Made by a program: the position numbers and the translations under genes. A stretch of DNA of 64,000 bases, taken from Gnetum montanum (taxonomy: Eukaryota; Plantae; Gnetophyta). Location: NCBI GenBank assembly GCA_015680685.1, contig MNCI01000808.1:767229-831228 (forward strand), in the 5' to 3' direction. A model generated the notes under the pieces. That model did no database searches. It was not told the origin of the DNA and saw only the letters and a list, made by a program, of their open reading frames with translations. Of the stretch, positions 1 through 12,550 are shown piece after piece (position 1 is the first letter of the stretch; each line of letters begins with the position of its first letter).

Positions 1-325
1 CGTACTTGAACGCACTAGGAAAGCAGGACAGAAAGCAATAAAACCATGTACTGCAAGGTTTATCCAATCAAGTTCGTCTTTATTGCCGTACACAACTTGG
101 GTTCAGGTTACAAGCTGCTCGAATAAAGAACCGTTCACTCTAGGACTCCTACTGCGGGCACATGGGGAAAAATTCTAACTCTGGAGTGATCAATCTGCCA
201 GAGCTTCGCTACACTAGCCAGGATTGGGCAAATGAAGGGAGTGCCGCCTCTTATTTATAGAAATGGCGGCGCGACGCGATATCGCGTACGCGATATCGCG
301 GCCTAGTGAAAACCGCGTCTCATCA
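1..325 (-). mobile_element. Young LTR 5' end (U3/TATA region) of an Athila-like Ty3/gypsy element continuing left of the window
   Basis: Ends in CATCA at 321-325 (TGATG start on the minus strand). Minus-strand TATA CTATAAATAAG at ~250-260. CpGs are intact, unlike the flanks. Its start TGATGAGACGCGGTTTTCACTAGGCCGCGATATCGCGTAC resembles the decayed LTR start at 23516. Confidence 0.7.
275..300. repeat. Perfect 26-bp nested palindrome CGCGATATCGCG-TA-CGCGATATCGCG
   Basis: Read directly; each 12-bp half is itself a palindrome. Confidence 0.95.
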
Positions 326-2927
326 GATGCCAATGACGAACGACTAAGGAAACCCTACAACCAACTATATGATACACAAGCATTGTGAGAGATCATCTAA
401 TAATCTATAGAAAAGGCTAGTATAGTATCTAGATAGTTGATAATTAGTTAGAATTCGTTATCTTTCCACTTGAACTGGTTGTAATCGTAAGTGTTTGGTT
501 TAATCCAAAGTGATGTTTATGATAATGATATTATTTATCATATTTAATTAATAAAAGTAAAACATAGAAATTAACTAATTAATCTAATAATTAACAAAAG
601 TCGATGCTAAACTATTCTAAATATGATGACCATCAATTTCTAATTTAGCATACATATCTTGAATTCATGTAATTATTGCTAAGATTACAAAGTGTTCACT
701 ACTAAGTGTATGAAGTGATAACACTACTAATATTGCTAAACGATAATGTGTTTATGTCCAAAAATTAGTCATACTCATTTAACCATGTTACTAATATGCA
801 TTAGAATATATATTGTTAAGCTAAGTCCATAGGAACATAAATGACACAAAAAGTAAATTGTAGAAAAGAAAATATTAAAATTAGAGTGTTATAATTAAGG
901 GAATTAAGTTTGATCTTATTTCCATCATGAACTATATTTAGGTAAAATTCACTTGAATAAGACTCTAGACTATTAACTTGATTCATGCTACAAGAAATTC
1001 CTGACCACTACTAAAATTCATAAACATAAATTAATAGTTTTCCTATGTATTATATAAATGATGCATTTAATATGGTATGTGGTATTATTTATAAGAAATT
1101 ATTATAATTATGACCTTTCACCAAGAATGTCCCATCATAGGATCTAATGTCACAACTACAACGTCATACCTATGATATTGTAGCCCATCAAAAGAGTATT
1201 TATCATTATAGATGTCCATTTCCAAGAATGCTATGCAAATTCTTATAGATTATTCAATTAAATTCCATGGTCATTACTAACCTTTGGTTTTTCTTTGTAA
1301 GAACAAGTTGAAAGGACGTAGGTCCATGTTGATAATGTATTTTGTAATTTTAGAATAATTTTATAATGCTTGTATTTTATAAGAAAAATACAATTTGAGT
1401 TACTTTATATTCTTTTTCCTAGCATGTGATGGATATCTTTAACCCTTCATATTAGAACCATGATTTTATCTAGAAAAGGTAATTCAATGATTTAAATCAA
1501 CGTTGGAATATAGCCCATGCTCCCTTTTAATACTTTTTATTTTTTATTTTTTAATAAAAAATATTTTTATAATATTTCCTTGAATGGATTATTCCATAGC
1601 ATGTTCTATTCTATTTTTGGTTTGTTGAATCCCTTACTTGGTTTTCTATTATTTTATTTTAACTAATGGTATTATTTTGGAATTAATCCCAACATTTATG
1701 CTAGACCTATGTAATCCTTACTCCATTTGATTAATCCAATTGTGGAACCTCACATGATTTATTTTTATTATATTTTAAACAATTATTGCTAATAAAGCCA
1801 TGCTATGATTCTCTTTTTCATAATAATTAAGATCTATGAGATCTCTCTCTTAATCTTGATTTAGTGTTGGAGATGACTTGAAGCCTTTCTTTGTTGATTT
1901 TATAATGGAATTTGGACACTTACACTTCATTAAATTCTCATACCCGTTCTCTTGATTTTAAACAAAGTAAAGAAATAAATTTAACAAGCCAAAGTTCAAG
2001 GTAATAGAAGTTCATATTTACATCAAGTAAAATGATGGAAAAAAAAAGATCAAGTAAAAATATAATAGTATTTTGGTAAAATAAGAATAAAAACCATGTA
2101 ATTGATATTTGAATTTTCATGAAATATTGGAAAAAATAAAAATTTCCATTTATTTTTACTTTTATAAAAGGTATATAGGTAAATGTGATTATATAATGGT
2201 TCTAATCTCGTTTCTCTTCAATTTGCTACACATTGTTTATGAATTTTTTTTTGTTCCATCATATACAATTATGGCCCCATTAATTGGATACAATTATAAG
2301 CATAAAATATGTTGTACTTGATACATCAAAAATAAGATTTTTTTGATTAAAAAATTTTCTTGAACAATTCATCAATTTCATATTTAATACATTATTATTT
2401 ATTATTCATCACACAACATCACTTCATCAATAACTCATTCATCATCTTAACATTTTTAATGTTCATTAGTAGTATCATAAAAAATTGCTTTTATCATGTC
2501 ATGAACATCATCAAAATTTCCAAATCAATTCAATTGAATAATTGCATTTCATTTGGAAAATTAGTGGTCATCAAGGTTAAACAATTTAGTTCCTTTTCAA
2601 ATTTAAATAAAAATGACAAATTTTTCAGCATATATTATTTAGCTACTTGGGAAAACATTAATAATTGAATTCACATTGAAATTCAATTTGAGAATTTATC
2701 AAAATTTAAGTCTTTTATCTCATCATTATATAATCATGAATTGTGGTATCTTCAAAAAATAGATCATGACTCATGGCTAGCTTATGATCATATTAGTGTT
2801 AAATGACAAGGTTTACCCTAGTCATGGTCATCAAAATCAAGCATAACCTATGGTTGTTAATCATAGCTCATGATATTTCTCTAAGATTGGTGATGAAGTA
2901 TTCTAATAAAACTAGATAGTTTAGAGT
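326..2927 (-). mobile_element. Old degenerate LTR-like remnant (Tekay-type); continues at 16114-17121 after element A
   Basis: Very AT-rich with no credible ORF. Shares motifs with the Tekay-like LTRs at 17122-19687 and 32536-38913 (CATAGGAT...ACAAC near 1135, CATGACTCATGG near 2765). Split by element A's TSD. Confidence 0.35.
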
Positions 2928-3869
2928 TGATGAGTGGTGAGGTACCCCTATGCCCAACCATATGAATCACAAAGTGTTCATGCACAATTTGGTTGAATTT
3001 TATGGACTCTATAGTTTCTGGTACACTGGTCTTCTAGGAAGTGAACCTTGCCTTAATGATCATTTGTTGTCTTCCCAATTACACTTGTGAAGCTTAAGGG
3101 TATGGTTTAAGTGTAATTCAAGCACATGATTTTTGTTCTTTTATGTTTTATGGTTTTGGTCCTTAAAATAAATAGGATAAGAATAGGGTAATTTAATATC
3201 TATATTAATCTAATGAACTAACTATTGTTTAACTAGTCCTATCATAAGTATCCAGTCCCACTTGCTATATGCATCTTGAACACATATAATGTTGTTGGGT
3301 TACCAAGTGTTAAGCACTGCTATGATTACCAAATGTCATATGCATACTTGAAGCATTTGTACTTATGTGTTTACTTAATTGCTATTTAGTTTATCTCACT
3401 TAATTACTTAATTAGCTTAATTACTGAATAATATTGAATAAATAACTGAAAATATTAAATGCATAAATAAAAAATTTAAACTATCCAAAATGCTTTAAGG
3501 TTTATCAAGAAGCTCGTATTTATTACTACACATACTATCGTGCTTAGTTACAATATTGCACAAATAAAGATCCATTCACTCAATGACTCCTGCTATGGGC
3601 ACTTGGGAAAATATTCAAACTTTTAAATGTAATAATTTCAAGAGCTTGGATACTACTATGAATTCCCTCTCATAAATATGTCCATGAGCTAATATTTATA
3701 GTTTTTATTACTAGGCTACGTCGACGGGGCCTCGTAGACATAGCAAATGCTACGTTGATGCGGCCCCATCAATGGGGCAACACCATGTAAATGAAACCCC
3801 ATCAATAGGGGCCCATTGATGAGGTTGCATCAATGTGAACCCATTGACATGACACTTTGACTCTTATCA
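2928..3869 (-). repeat. 3' LTR of element A
   Basis: Colinear with 15143-16113; adjacent TATCCCCACAAC (3870-3881) is the PPT on the minus strand. Confidence 0.92.
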
Positions 3870-4098
3870 TATCCCCACAACTAAATGAAAACTTGTCCTT
3901 AAGTTTCTTTACAAAACTGGGAAGGTATGAAATTATTGATTGACTCTTGACAGAACAAATTGACTTGACAAAACTAAGTGCCCGAGTGTAGAAAATAAAA
4001 CAAATTACAAAAATTATGGTGTTCATGATTGAATACCATGATATGACTAAAAAAATAAAATAGCACATCCTTTGATGATGTGAAGATAATTAAGAAAA

Positions 4099-6829
4099 TT
4101 AGATAATCCCAGGTGGTGAAGGCTCCTAAGGTTTTGAAGGATCTTCATTAGCTTCGAGCATGTGTGGTGGCTAAGGTAGCTATGGCTACAACTTTTGATG
4201 GAAGGAAAAAGGCATCTAGTAATGCTTTCACCTTCTACTCCTTACTTTGGGGATCATTCATAGTCCATGAAACATCATCAACGTGGGTTGGAATGAGGAT
4301 ATTCTATGGATAGGACATTACTAGAAACAACTCCTTTAAGTTGACAAACCAAGCAGCAAACTGTTTGTGTTCAACATCAAATGCCTTTACTATGTCTGTA
4401 GCTCTGGGTAGTCATTCATCCTTCTAGCTAATTTCTCAATGTTAGATCTTTGATTAGTGAATTTTCCCTTGAGAACATTGAGTTCAGCTTTTTCCACTGC
4501 AAGCTTTTGCTTGGTGTCTTTATGATGCTTGAACTCGGCCTTGTACAACAAGTACGAGCTAGCCACCTACTTTTCTAATTCTGATTTCAACCATTTGGCA
4601 ATCAACATGGATAAATTTGCATATTGGAGATTGGAAAGCTCCATGTATTCCATCATCTTCTTAATTTGCAACTCCTTCATGTTGACTTTTACCTTATTCT
4701 AGGAATCTATCTCATTAATGATAGGTTTCCATAATTCTCTTCCTTGCTAGAGTTGTTGGAGGATTTCGTTTACTTTCACCTTGGTCAATTGGATTTTTTT
4801 TCCATTCACTTATTTTTGTAGACCAACCTAATCTCTCTAATGATCCTTAACTTTTTTAAATTTGAGAGCCTCTGATTTCCAAGCAGCTACCTCAATCATA
4901 GTCTTTTAGTGAAGGGTATGAACCTCCTCTATGGACAGGTTTCTAGTTTTTGCTATAAATCTTCTTAATTCTATGATTCACTTTGGCTAGTTAATTCTAC
5001 TATTAATGGATGAATTTGGTTAATTACTATTTATGCTCATCAACATTCCACAGGTGATGGTTCTCTATGGTCAATTGTACATTCTTCTAGTAGGTTTGAT
5101 TCAAGGATTTTTAAATTTTTTGCAATGTAGCCTATACCAAGAATTAATAGAACACCACCATTTCCATCACGTTCTCAACCCCTTTGATTCTGGTGCAAGC
5201 TATTCAATAACTTCATCTCTTGTTAATGTCAAGTTGAGAAATGAAGGGTTGGCAATTTGGACTCTTAATTTGACAACTTCAGCAGCCAAGTGTTTGTTTA
5301 GCTCCTTGACTATTTCAAGTTGCCCCTCCAAGATGATGCTTTTGCCCCTTCCCTTTAATAGCTCCAAATAGGTTATAGTAATATTATCTAGAAGATCAAA
5401 GACATCTAGAAGTGGTTGCCTAATTTTTACTAGTCAATCTAGTAGTTCTTCATGATGTGCTACATTTTATTCTACCACTTGTGATTCCTATGGATGTTTA
5501 CACATCTTTTAGTGTAGTGATGTCTAGTACAGATGTCATAGGTGTGTTGAGTATTTTAGTAATTTGGTTAGCGAACACCTTTGCTATTTTCTCATGTCCT
5601 TGGTTCTACATCACCAATACTATTGCCCTCTAGCCTTTCCCCAAATACATCAAGAAAATGAATCCACCTCCACCCATTAGGCTTAATATTTGGGCCACCT
5701 CATTTAGGTGACTCATTACTGGTTTATACATAGATGGATCCCTACAACTTATGCCTGCTCATTTCTCTTATTCTCTCAACAACCATTCTTGGTACTTGCA
5801 AAATTGTTGGGTTGTTGCAACAATGTCTAGCAATATTGTTTGAGTGGTAGGTGGAGGTGGTGGCTACAACTTCTCTTCTTGAATGTTCATTGTAGACATC
5901 TTATCTTTCATCATCTCTACCCAATTAGCGACCAAAGAATTCCTGACAACATTGTTTGTATAATGGACTATTTCTCTCCTTCAATAGAGTTTTCTAATGA
6001 GGCATGGAAAGGGAAGTTTCTTTGTTCCACATTCATTTTCTTTAAATTTCTTCTCTATATCTAGATAGAATAGCTATGAAAGGTTGATAGGAAATCTCCC
6101 ACTCAAAGTGATGCATGCATAGGCAGAAAAGGTAGTGATCTTACTTGGACTCACCATGGGATTGAGGTGGAAGGCTGCAATCTTGTAGTGGATCCTTTCT
6201 GCTAGTGTGAGCACATTAAAATCCTTGCAATCAACACCATAACACCATTGACCCATTTTTTTTGATCTTAGGATGCACCTGCATTAGAATCTCAACAAGT
6301 CTTCCTTATTTTTTAGCAACCTAAGCACTTCAGTAATGGACTACATTAAGTAGGACACTAAGATGTCCTTGATTTTTACCATTGATCTAGCCTAGTTTTT
6401 GTTCTAAAATAAGAATATCTATTCCATGTACCACTCCCTAGTAGATGTGATGATTGGCCACATGGAAGAGGCCTTTAGTTGGTCCTATACTTTTTTTGAT
6501 GCTTGCTCTAGAAAAGGGCCAAAGTTTAACTTCTAGAGCATTATTTTTTGGACTTCCTCAATTTGATTTGATTAATACAAGCTTCTATCAAGGTCACCTT
6601 AATATTTTCTTATCGAGATAGTGCATCATCTTGATGGAAATGTTTTGTTGCTATTGCTGGTCGTGGAATCTATCGAATAGATTCCACTTGACCTCTTTCT
6701 TATGAAGACCTATGGCATGGGTTGCAAGTGGTTCTTCTTGGGCTTGTTCTGGTCCCTTATTATTCTAGGCCATTTCTCCCTTAGTTGAGATGATCCTACT
6801 TCTTGCATGTGTTTCCCTTTTGGTGCCAT
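4099..6829 (-). pseudogene. Decayed extra (env-position) ORF of element A, ~900 codons, starting MAPKR and ending EPSPPGII*
   Basis: ATG at 6829 reads MAPKRETHARSR. The minus strand is purine/E/K/Q-rich and coiled-coil-like with many stops. Start context and C-terminus match the short ORF at 28468-28904 in element B. Confidence 0.6.
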
Positions 6830-8889
6830 TTGTAGTCACAAAACATCCATGGATTACTAGATATAATGTATAACTTTTAATTTTTGAATACCTTATCTTG
6901 TTAGTTAGTTACATTTTGGCTATGGTTGGACCATGGAAAATTGATTATTTTATTAATTATTTATTTTAAATGTCATTAGAGCTTGTTGTAAAGGTTTAAT
7001 GCTTGTAGTTTGGTATTTAATAGTTAATTTTTTAGTTAAACCTTTGTGGGAGTTAGAAAAGTGATGAAAAAGTTTTGATCAAAAATGGCACATTTGTGGC
7101 CCCCATGATGAAGATCTTACCTTTGATATTTGCAAGGTCAAAGAAAAGAGTGATTTGGATAAATGGTTAGGAAGTTATGGGCTTTGGAAGGTTCTGGACT
7201 TTGAAAAATTGAAAAACTCCCTTAGTGTTTATGAGAAAATGCGAAAACTTCAAAGTGGGGTTGTGCATATATATAGTATTTTTTCACTATGTCGACGGGG
7301 CCTTGTATATGGGTCTACTCCATTGACATGACCCCATATATGAATCCCATAGGGAAAATTTTGAATTTTGAATATCTTAAAAGATACAAGAAATTTTTCA
7401 ATGAATTTGGAATCCATGGAGTTCCAAAAAAGCCAAGAATATGATGAAATCATTAAATAGGATCTTTGAAAGCTCAAAAATTGAAACATTTGATGGAGAA
7501 TGTGTTTATTAAATAAAATATGTATAGGAGAACATGGTTTGATGTAGAAGATGGGTGTACGAAAGATTATAATTGCAAGAATGCCTAAGGATAAGGTACT
7601 TAATAAACCTAACCAAGAGATATGCAAGTGGATCCTCCCCATAGTAGGCACATGTCTTGTTTGCTCTCTCATAACCTCAACCTAAGGAGCCTATGAGGCC
7701 CATAGGAAATTAATGGTTGATGGAAGTTAAGGAACAAAACTTGGAAAATTATACCTAGGAATTCAAGCATGTCAAACTAAGATATCAAATCAAGAATATG
7801 GACACAAGTAGTGAGGTGAGTTATAGAAAACATAGATGGATGATGGAGAAGGTGGAATGGAATTCCAAATTAAGGTCAAAAGAAGTCCCTTATGTGGTTT
7901 GTATTTAAAATGACCTGAGAAGGTCCATCCTTAGTCTAGACCAAAATCAACCTCTTTCAATCACTTTGCATCATCACTCCAAGATCATTGCACCTTGTTG
8001 AGACACAAGAGTGCTCCCACAAAACAACCACCATTCCATAAAGAGAAGAAAAGAGAAGTAGGAAGTGAGAGAGGGCCTTAGTTAAAGGGGATCTTTAGCC
8101 ATGGGTAACATGTCTTTCGAGTCCCATAACTAGTGCTTCTAGCCTGTTTATTTGTCTATGGGATATGGTTTGAACTCCCATCATGTTTTGCTTTTTTGTT
8201 TTTGAATGGTAACAATAGCATGCAAAGAATTTATTCAACTTCCTATTATTGGTTGACATGGAATGGTAGGAAGTCCATGAAAACACTCAATCACCTAAGC
8301 AAGTAGAAAAGTACAAATAGAATTTTGTCCCCTTGAAGTCACACCTTATGCAAGGCTTTGAATATTTCCCAATTCTGGAAACTACCAAGGCTGCAAATTT
8401 ATTAAAATTTTATTTAATGAAAAGGACCTCAAATTTCCAAAACAAGGAAAAACATAGAGTTTTTGGATGGGTGGATGTCATGGACTCACTACCTGTTCCA
8501 TGAAAAAGAAACCATGACTTAGCCATCAGTACAAAAACTCAAAATAGAAACCAAATGTTAACAAACAAAACATAAAGCACAAACCATCATTAGTAGTAGC
8601 TACAACACCATTATGTCCTATTGGAAAAAAGCACATTTATTAGCAAAAATTTGAAGATCTCACTCAAGTAAAGTAAAATATATAAGATTCAAATGTACTA
8701 ATGATGGTGTAAAATAGGAAGAAGTTTTAAAATTAAAAAAGGAGTAAAATAAATAAATTACAAAGACAAAAATGTGTAAAACAAAAAATAGAAAAATTGA
8801 GGAGCCATATATATGATTAGCATGGATGGCCATCTTCCCCATGACTGAGTTGGAAGAAGGAGATCCAAAACATTGAGTATGGTTGTCCA

Positions 8890-11800
8890 TTCATTAAGGT
8901 ATTTTTTGCACTGGGTTGCTTTGTCTCATGGAAAGGCTATTTTTATTTGATGTTAACTAACTATTTTTTTTCTAGGATCTCATGCGTGCTTGTATATGAT
9001 CATTACCCCAGAAAGAAAAAATTTGTCAATTATATAAGATCCCTTCTACAATGTTTAAAACTTTGTTTTCTGGGATATATGTGTGGGTGCTCTAGTAGAG
9101 AACATTAACTCTGGATTGAAATTTTGCTTTCCATATTCTAAGGTCATGTCATGATTTCTTGAATGCCTTATGCACTTCATTTAAGGAGAGGGCCACTAAT
9201 CAGTTTTCATTTAGCACATTTAGGTTGATTAGTCTTTCTTTTTATGCTAAACTTAGGTCAAGATCTAGATCATAGATTGTTGAGAGTGTATGGAGCTGAG
9301 ATTAAATTAGGAGCATTAGAATTTTTCCGTACATTAGCTCATAAGGATAGTAGCCAATAGGAATTTTTCAGGTTAAGTGGTAGGCCCAAATGACATTGTT
9401 GAATTTTGTGCTCTAGTCTCTCCTATATTTTTTTATATTTTTTGTTAGTATCTTTGTAATATCTCTATTAGTGACTTCTACTTGACTGTTGGCTTAGGGG
9501 TGATAGAGTGTTGTTAATTTATGTTTAACCCCTAAGTGTTGCATCAAATTTCAAAAGGTGGCACCTATAAAATGGGTTCCATTATTAGAAATCAATGTAC
9601 ATGCCATACCAAACCTATTTACAATATGTTGTTGTACAAATCTAGTAGTAGTAGATGACGTATAGTTGGTGATGGTTGCTGCTTTTTCTCATTTGGTATA
9701 GTAGTTGACTACTATGATGATGTATGCCTTTCCATTGGACATGGGTGTGACGGGACCCATAAAGTCAATGTCCTATATGTCAAAGGGTTCCAGTGCTTGA
9801 ATCCATTGTTGAGGCTCCTCCATTCATGTGGTCATCCCACCATCTCATTGACAGTGTTCATAGGATTGGAAAAATTGATGGGCATCCATAAATATTATAA
9901 GACAATTGTATCCTAACATCAAGATTTTTATGGCCGTGCATCTCCTAGCATAGTGGCCTCCACAAGGACCTTCATGAGCATCTTGGAGAATGCATAATTG
10001 ATCTACATTAGGTACACACCAATGAACTAGGCCATCAACACATACCTTGTAAAAGTGTCTCTTGATTTCCATGAAGTACTTAGTCCAATGAAGGAATTTT
10101 TATTTGTTCCTAAAGTCTAGATCTTATGGCATCTCCTAAGTAAGAAGGTAAGTAAGGATGCCATCACACCATTTTGATTTAGTGGAAACTTGGTCATTTA
10201 TTATTCCTGTAAAGAGGAGTTCATCTAGAAATTGATCAGAGAGTAGACATTCCTCCTCTTTATTATCCCATCTTAACCTAAAAAGATGGTCAAAAATCAC
10301 ATTCTTAGTTCTTTTTTGATCTACCATTGTGAGATTGAACTCCTATAAGATCATGAACCACCATATGATATAGGGGCTCATCATTGGCTTATTCATTAGG
10401 AAGAAAATGGCACTATGATCTTTGTGCACAAACACTTTGTAGCCAAGCACATAGTACCTAAACTTTTCTAGAGCATACACCACCGTAATTAGTTCCTTTT
10501 CCATAGTGGTGTAATTAAATTGTGCACCCACAATGGTTTGGATTGCATAGTGTATGTAATATGGACATTTCTTCTCATCTAGTTGCATAAGCATGACTCC
10601 CAGGGCATAATGAGATACATTTGTCATTATATAAAATGGTTTGGACCAATCTAGTGCTTGTAGAATTAGAGTATCTATGAGCTTCTCTTGAGCTGTTGGG
10701 ATACATGTTTACACACCATGGTATAGATGAATAGAACATCTTTCTTTGTAAGCTCAACCAACAACTTTGCGATCTTATAGAAATTCTCTATGAATCACTA
10801 GTAGTAGCTAGTATGACCAAGAAATGATTAGACATCTTTGACTATCTCTGTTTGGCATGTGATTCCTTGGATGATCATTATCTTTTCTTGGTCTACCTCA
10901 ATCCCTACTTAATTAATTCTATGTCCTAGTTTTATGCCCTCCTAGAACAATAAATGGATTTTCTACTAATTGAGCCTAAGGTTTGTTTGAACACATCTTT
11001 TTTGTACTTGCTCAAGGCAATCCAAGACTTGCTCAAATGTAGCCTCATAGGTAGAGAAGTCATCCATGAATGCCTTTACCCCACTACTAATATGTTGTTA
11101 AAAAATACTAAGAACTAGGCATTGAAATATTGTAGAGGCATTACACAAACCGAGAGACATCTTGCAATATGAAAAAGTCCCCTAAGGACTTGTGAATATT
11201 GTTTTGGCCTAATCTTCCAGTGCAATTTGGATTTGGTTATAGAGACTATAACCATCCAAGAAGTTATAATAGCAATGCCCATATATGGTTTCCAACATTT
11301 GGTCCACAAATGGTAATGGAAAATGATCATTAAATATTATCATATTCAATAGCCTAAAGTCAATGCAAACTAAACACTTACCACCTTTCTTTGGTAGAAT
11401 TATGAGTGGGTTAACCCACTCACTATCCATGATGGAATAGATGAGCCCTACCTTGAGGAGTTGTTCTATTTCCTCTTTGATGATTTGTTTCAATTTAGGA
11501 TTCAACTGCCTCTACTGCTTCCTTCTTAGCTTCATGGCTTGGTCTATGTAGATATGATGCTAGCATATCCTTAGATCAATTCCAGTCAATTTAGGATATA
11601 ACCGAGTAAAGGTTGTTGGACATTTGTTGATCACCTTCAACTGATTATCCTTTTGTTTGGGAGCAAGAGTTGCATGAACTATGATTAGCTTGGAATTTTT
11701 AAGAATGCATACTCCATGCTGGTTGGTAGAGTTTTTAACTCTAGGGGCTTTAGCTTGAAATGATTAGGGATTACCAACTCTTTCCAACAAGTATCATCAT

Positions 11801-12550
11801 CTTCATCATCAGAGAGTTGGTGATGAATTTGCTCAAATTCATCCATGTCCTTGACATAAGCACATGTTAGGCTCTTAGAGGATTCCATGCATAGTGTGCT
11901 ACTATTAGAGTTAACTATCAACCACTAGGTGCCCTCTTATTTTATGGTTTCTATGTACAGTGACCTTTGAATGTTGGATTCATGTGCATACTAATTGCAT
12001 GCTTTAATGAATGTACTTTTAATGGACTAGAATTTTTGCATGTAATTGCACCCATTATCATTGTATGTGATGCATGGAACATGCTTCTTCTCTAGTCATT
12101 TAAATTTGTTCTCCTTGAAAATTTTTAAGGAGAGCTTCCTAATGCCCATTTATGCATCAACTATGCTTAATCATGCACATCCCATAATGATTGGGAAGTT
12201 TTCTTTCTAGTTTTCTATCTTGATCACTAAAAAATTGGTAAGCTAGGACCACCCACAAACTATAGTTATAACATCCTCCACTAATTCCAAAAGGATAGTG
12301 ATTGACTAGTCTACCAATTCCAAATGGATGTTGCTCTTCTTGGGAGGTGGTAGGTTCCAGGCCTTGTACATGTCATGGAAGATAAAATTAACACTAGAAT
12401 TAGAATTAAGAATATCCTTGCATGGCTCATGTCTAGTGATATGTAAGTAAATAAGAGGACTTCCTAGGTTAGATATTTTTGTGGGAAGGTTGTTAGCTTT
12501 GATCCAATCGAAGATAGCATAAGTTAACATCACAGTGTGAATCTGAGGTA
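8890..12550 (-). pseudogene. pol: pol remnant of element A (PR ~12170-12500, RT ~10750-11560, RNase H ~10330-10660, integrase ~8890-10080)
   Basis: ORF-track fragments: MNPKLKQIIKEEIEQLL..SEWVNPL..CIDFRLLN..DHFPLP..FLDGYSLYNQI (RT); YALGVMLMQ..NYTTMEKEL..KFRYYVLG..DHSAI (RH); ILQDAHEGPCGGHY (integrase zinc finger). Many stops and frameshifts. Confidence 0.93.

Noticed and set aside
1938-2668. Short F/I/L/N-rich ORFs here and in other AT-rich LTR regions
   Set aside because: Compositional artefacts of AT-rich decayed repeats, with no domain similarity.
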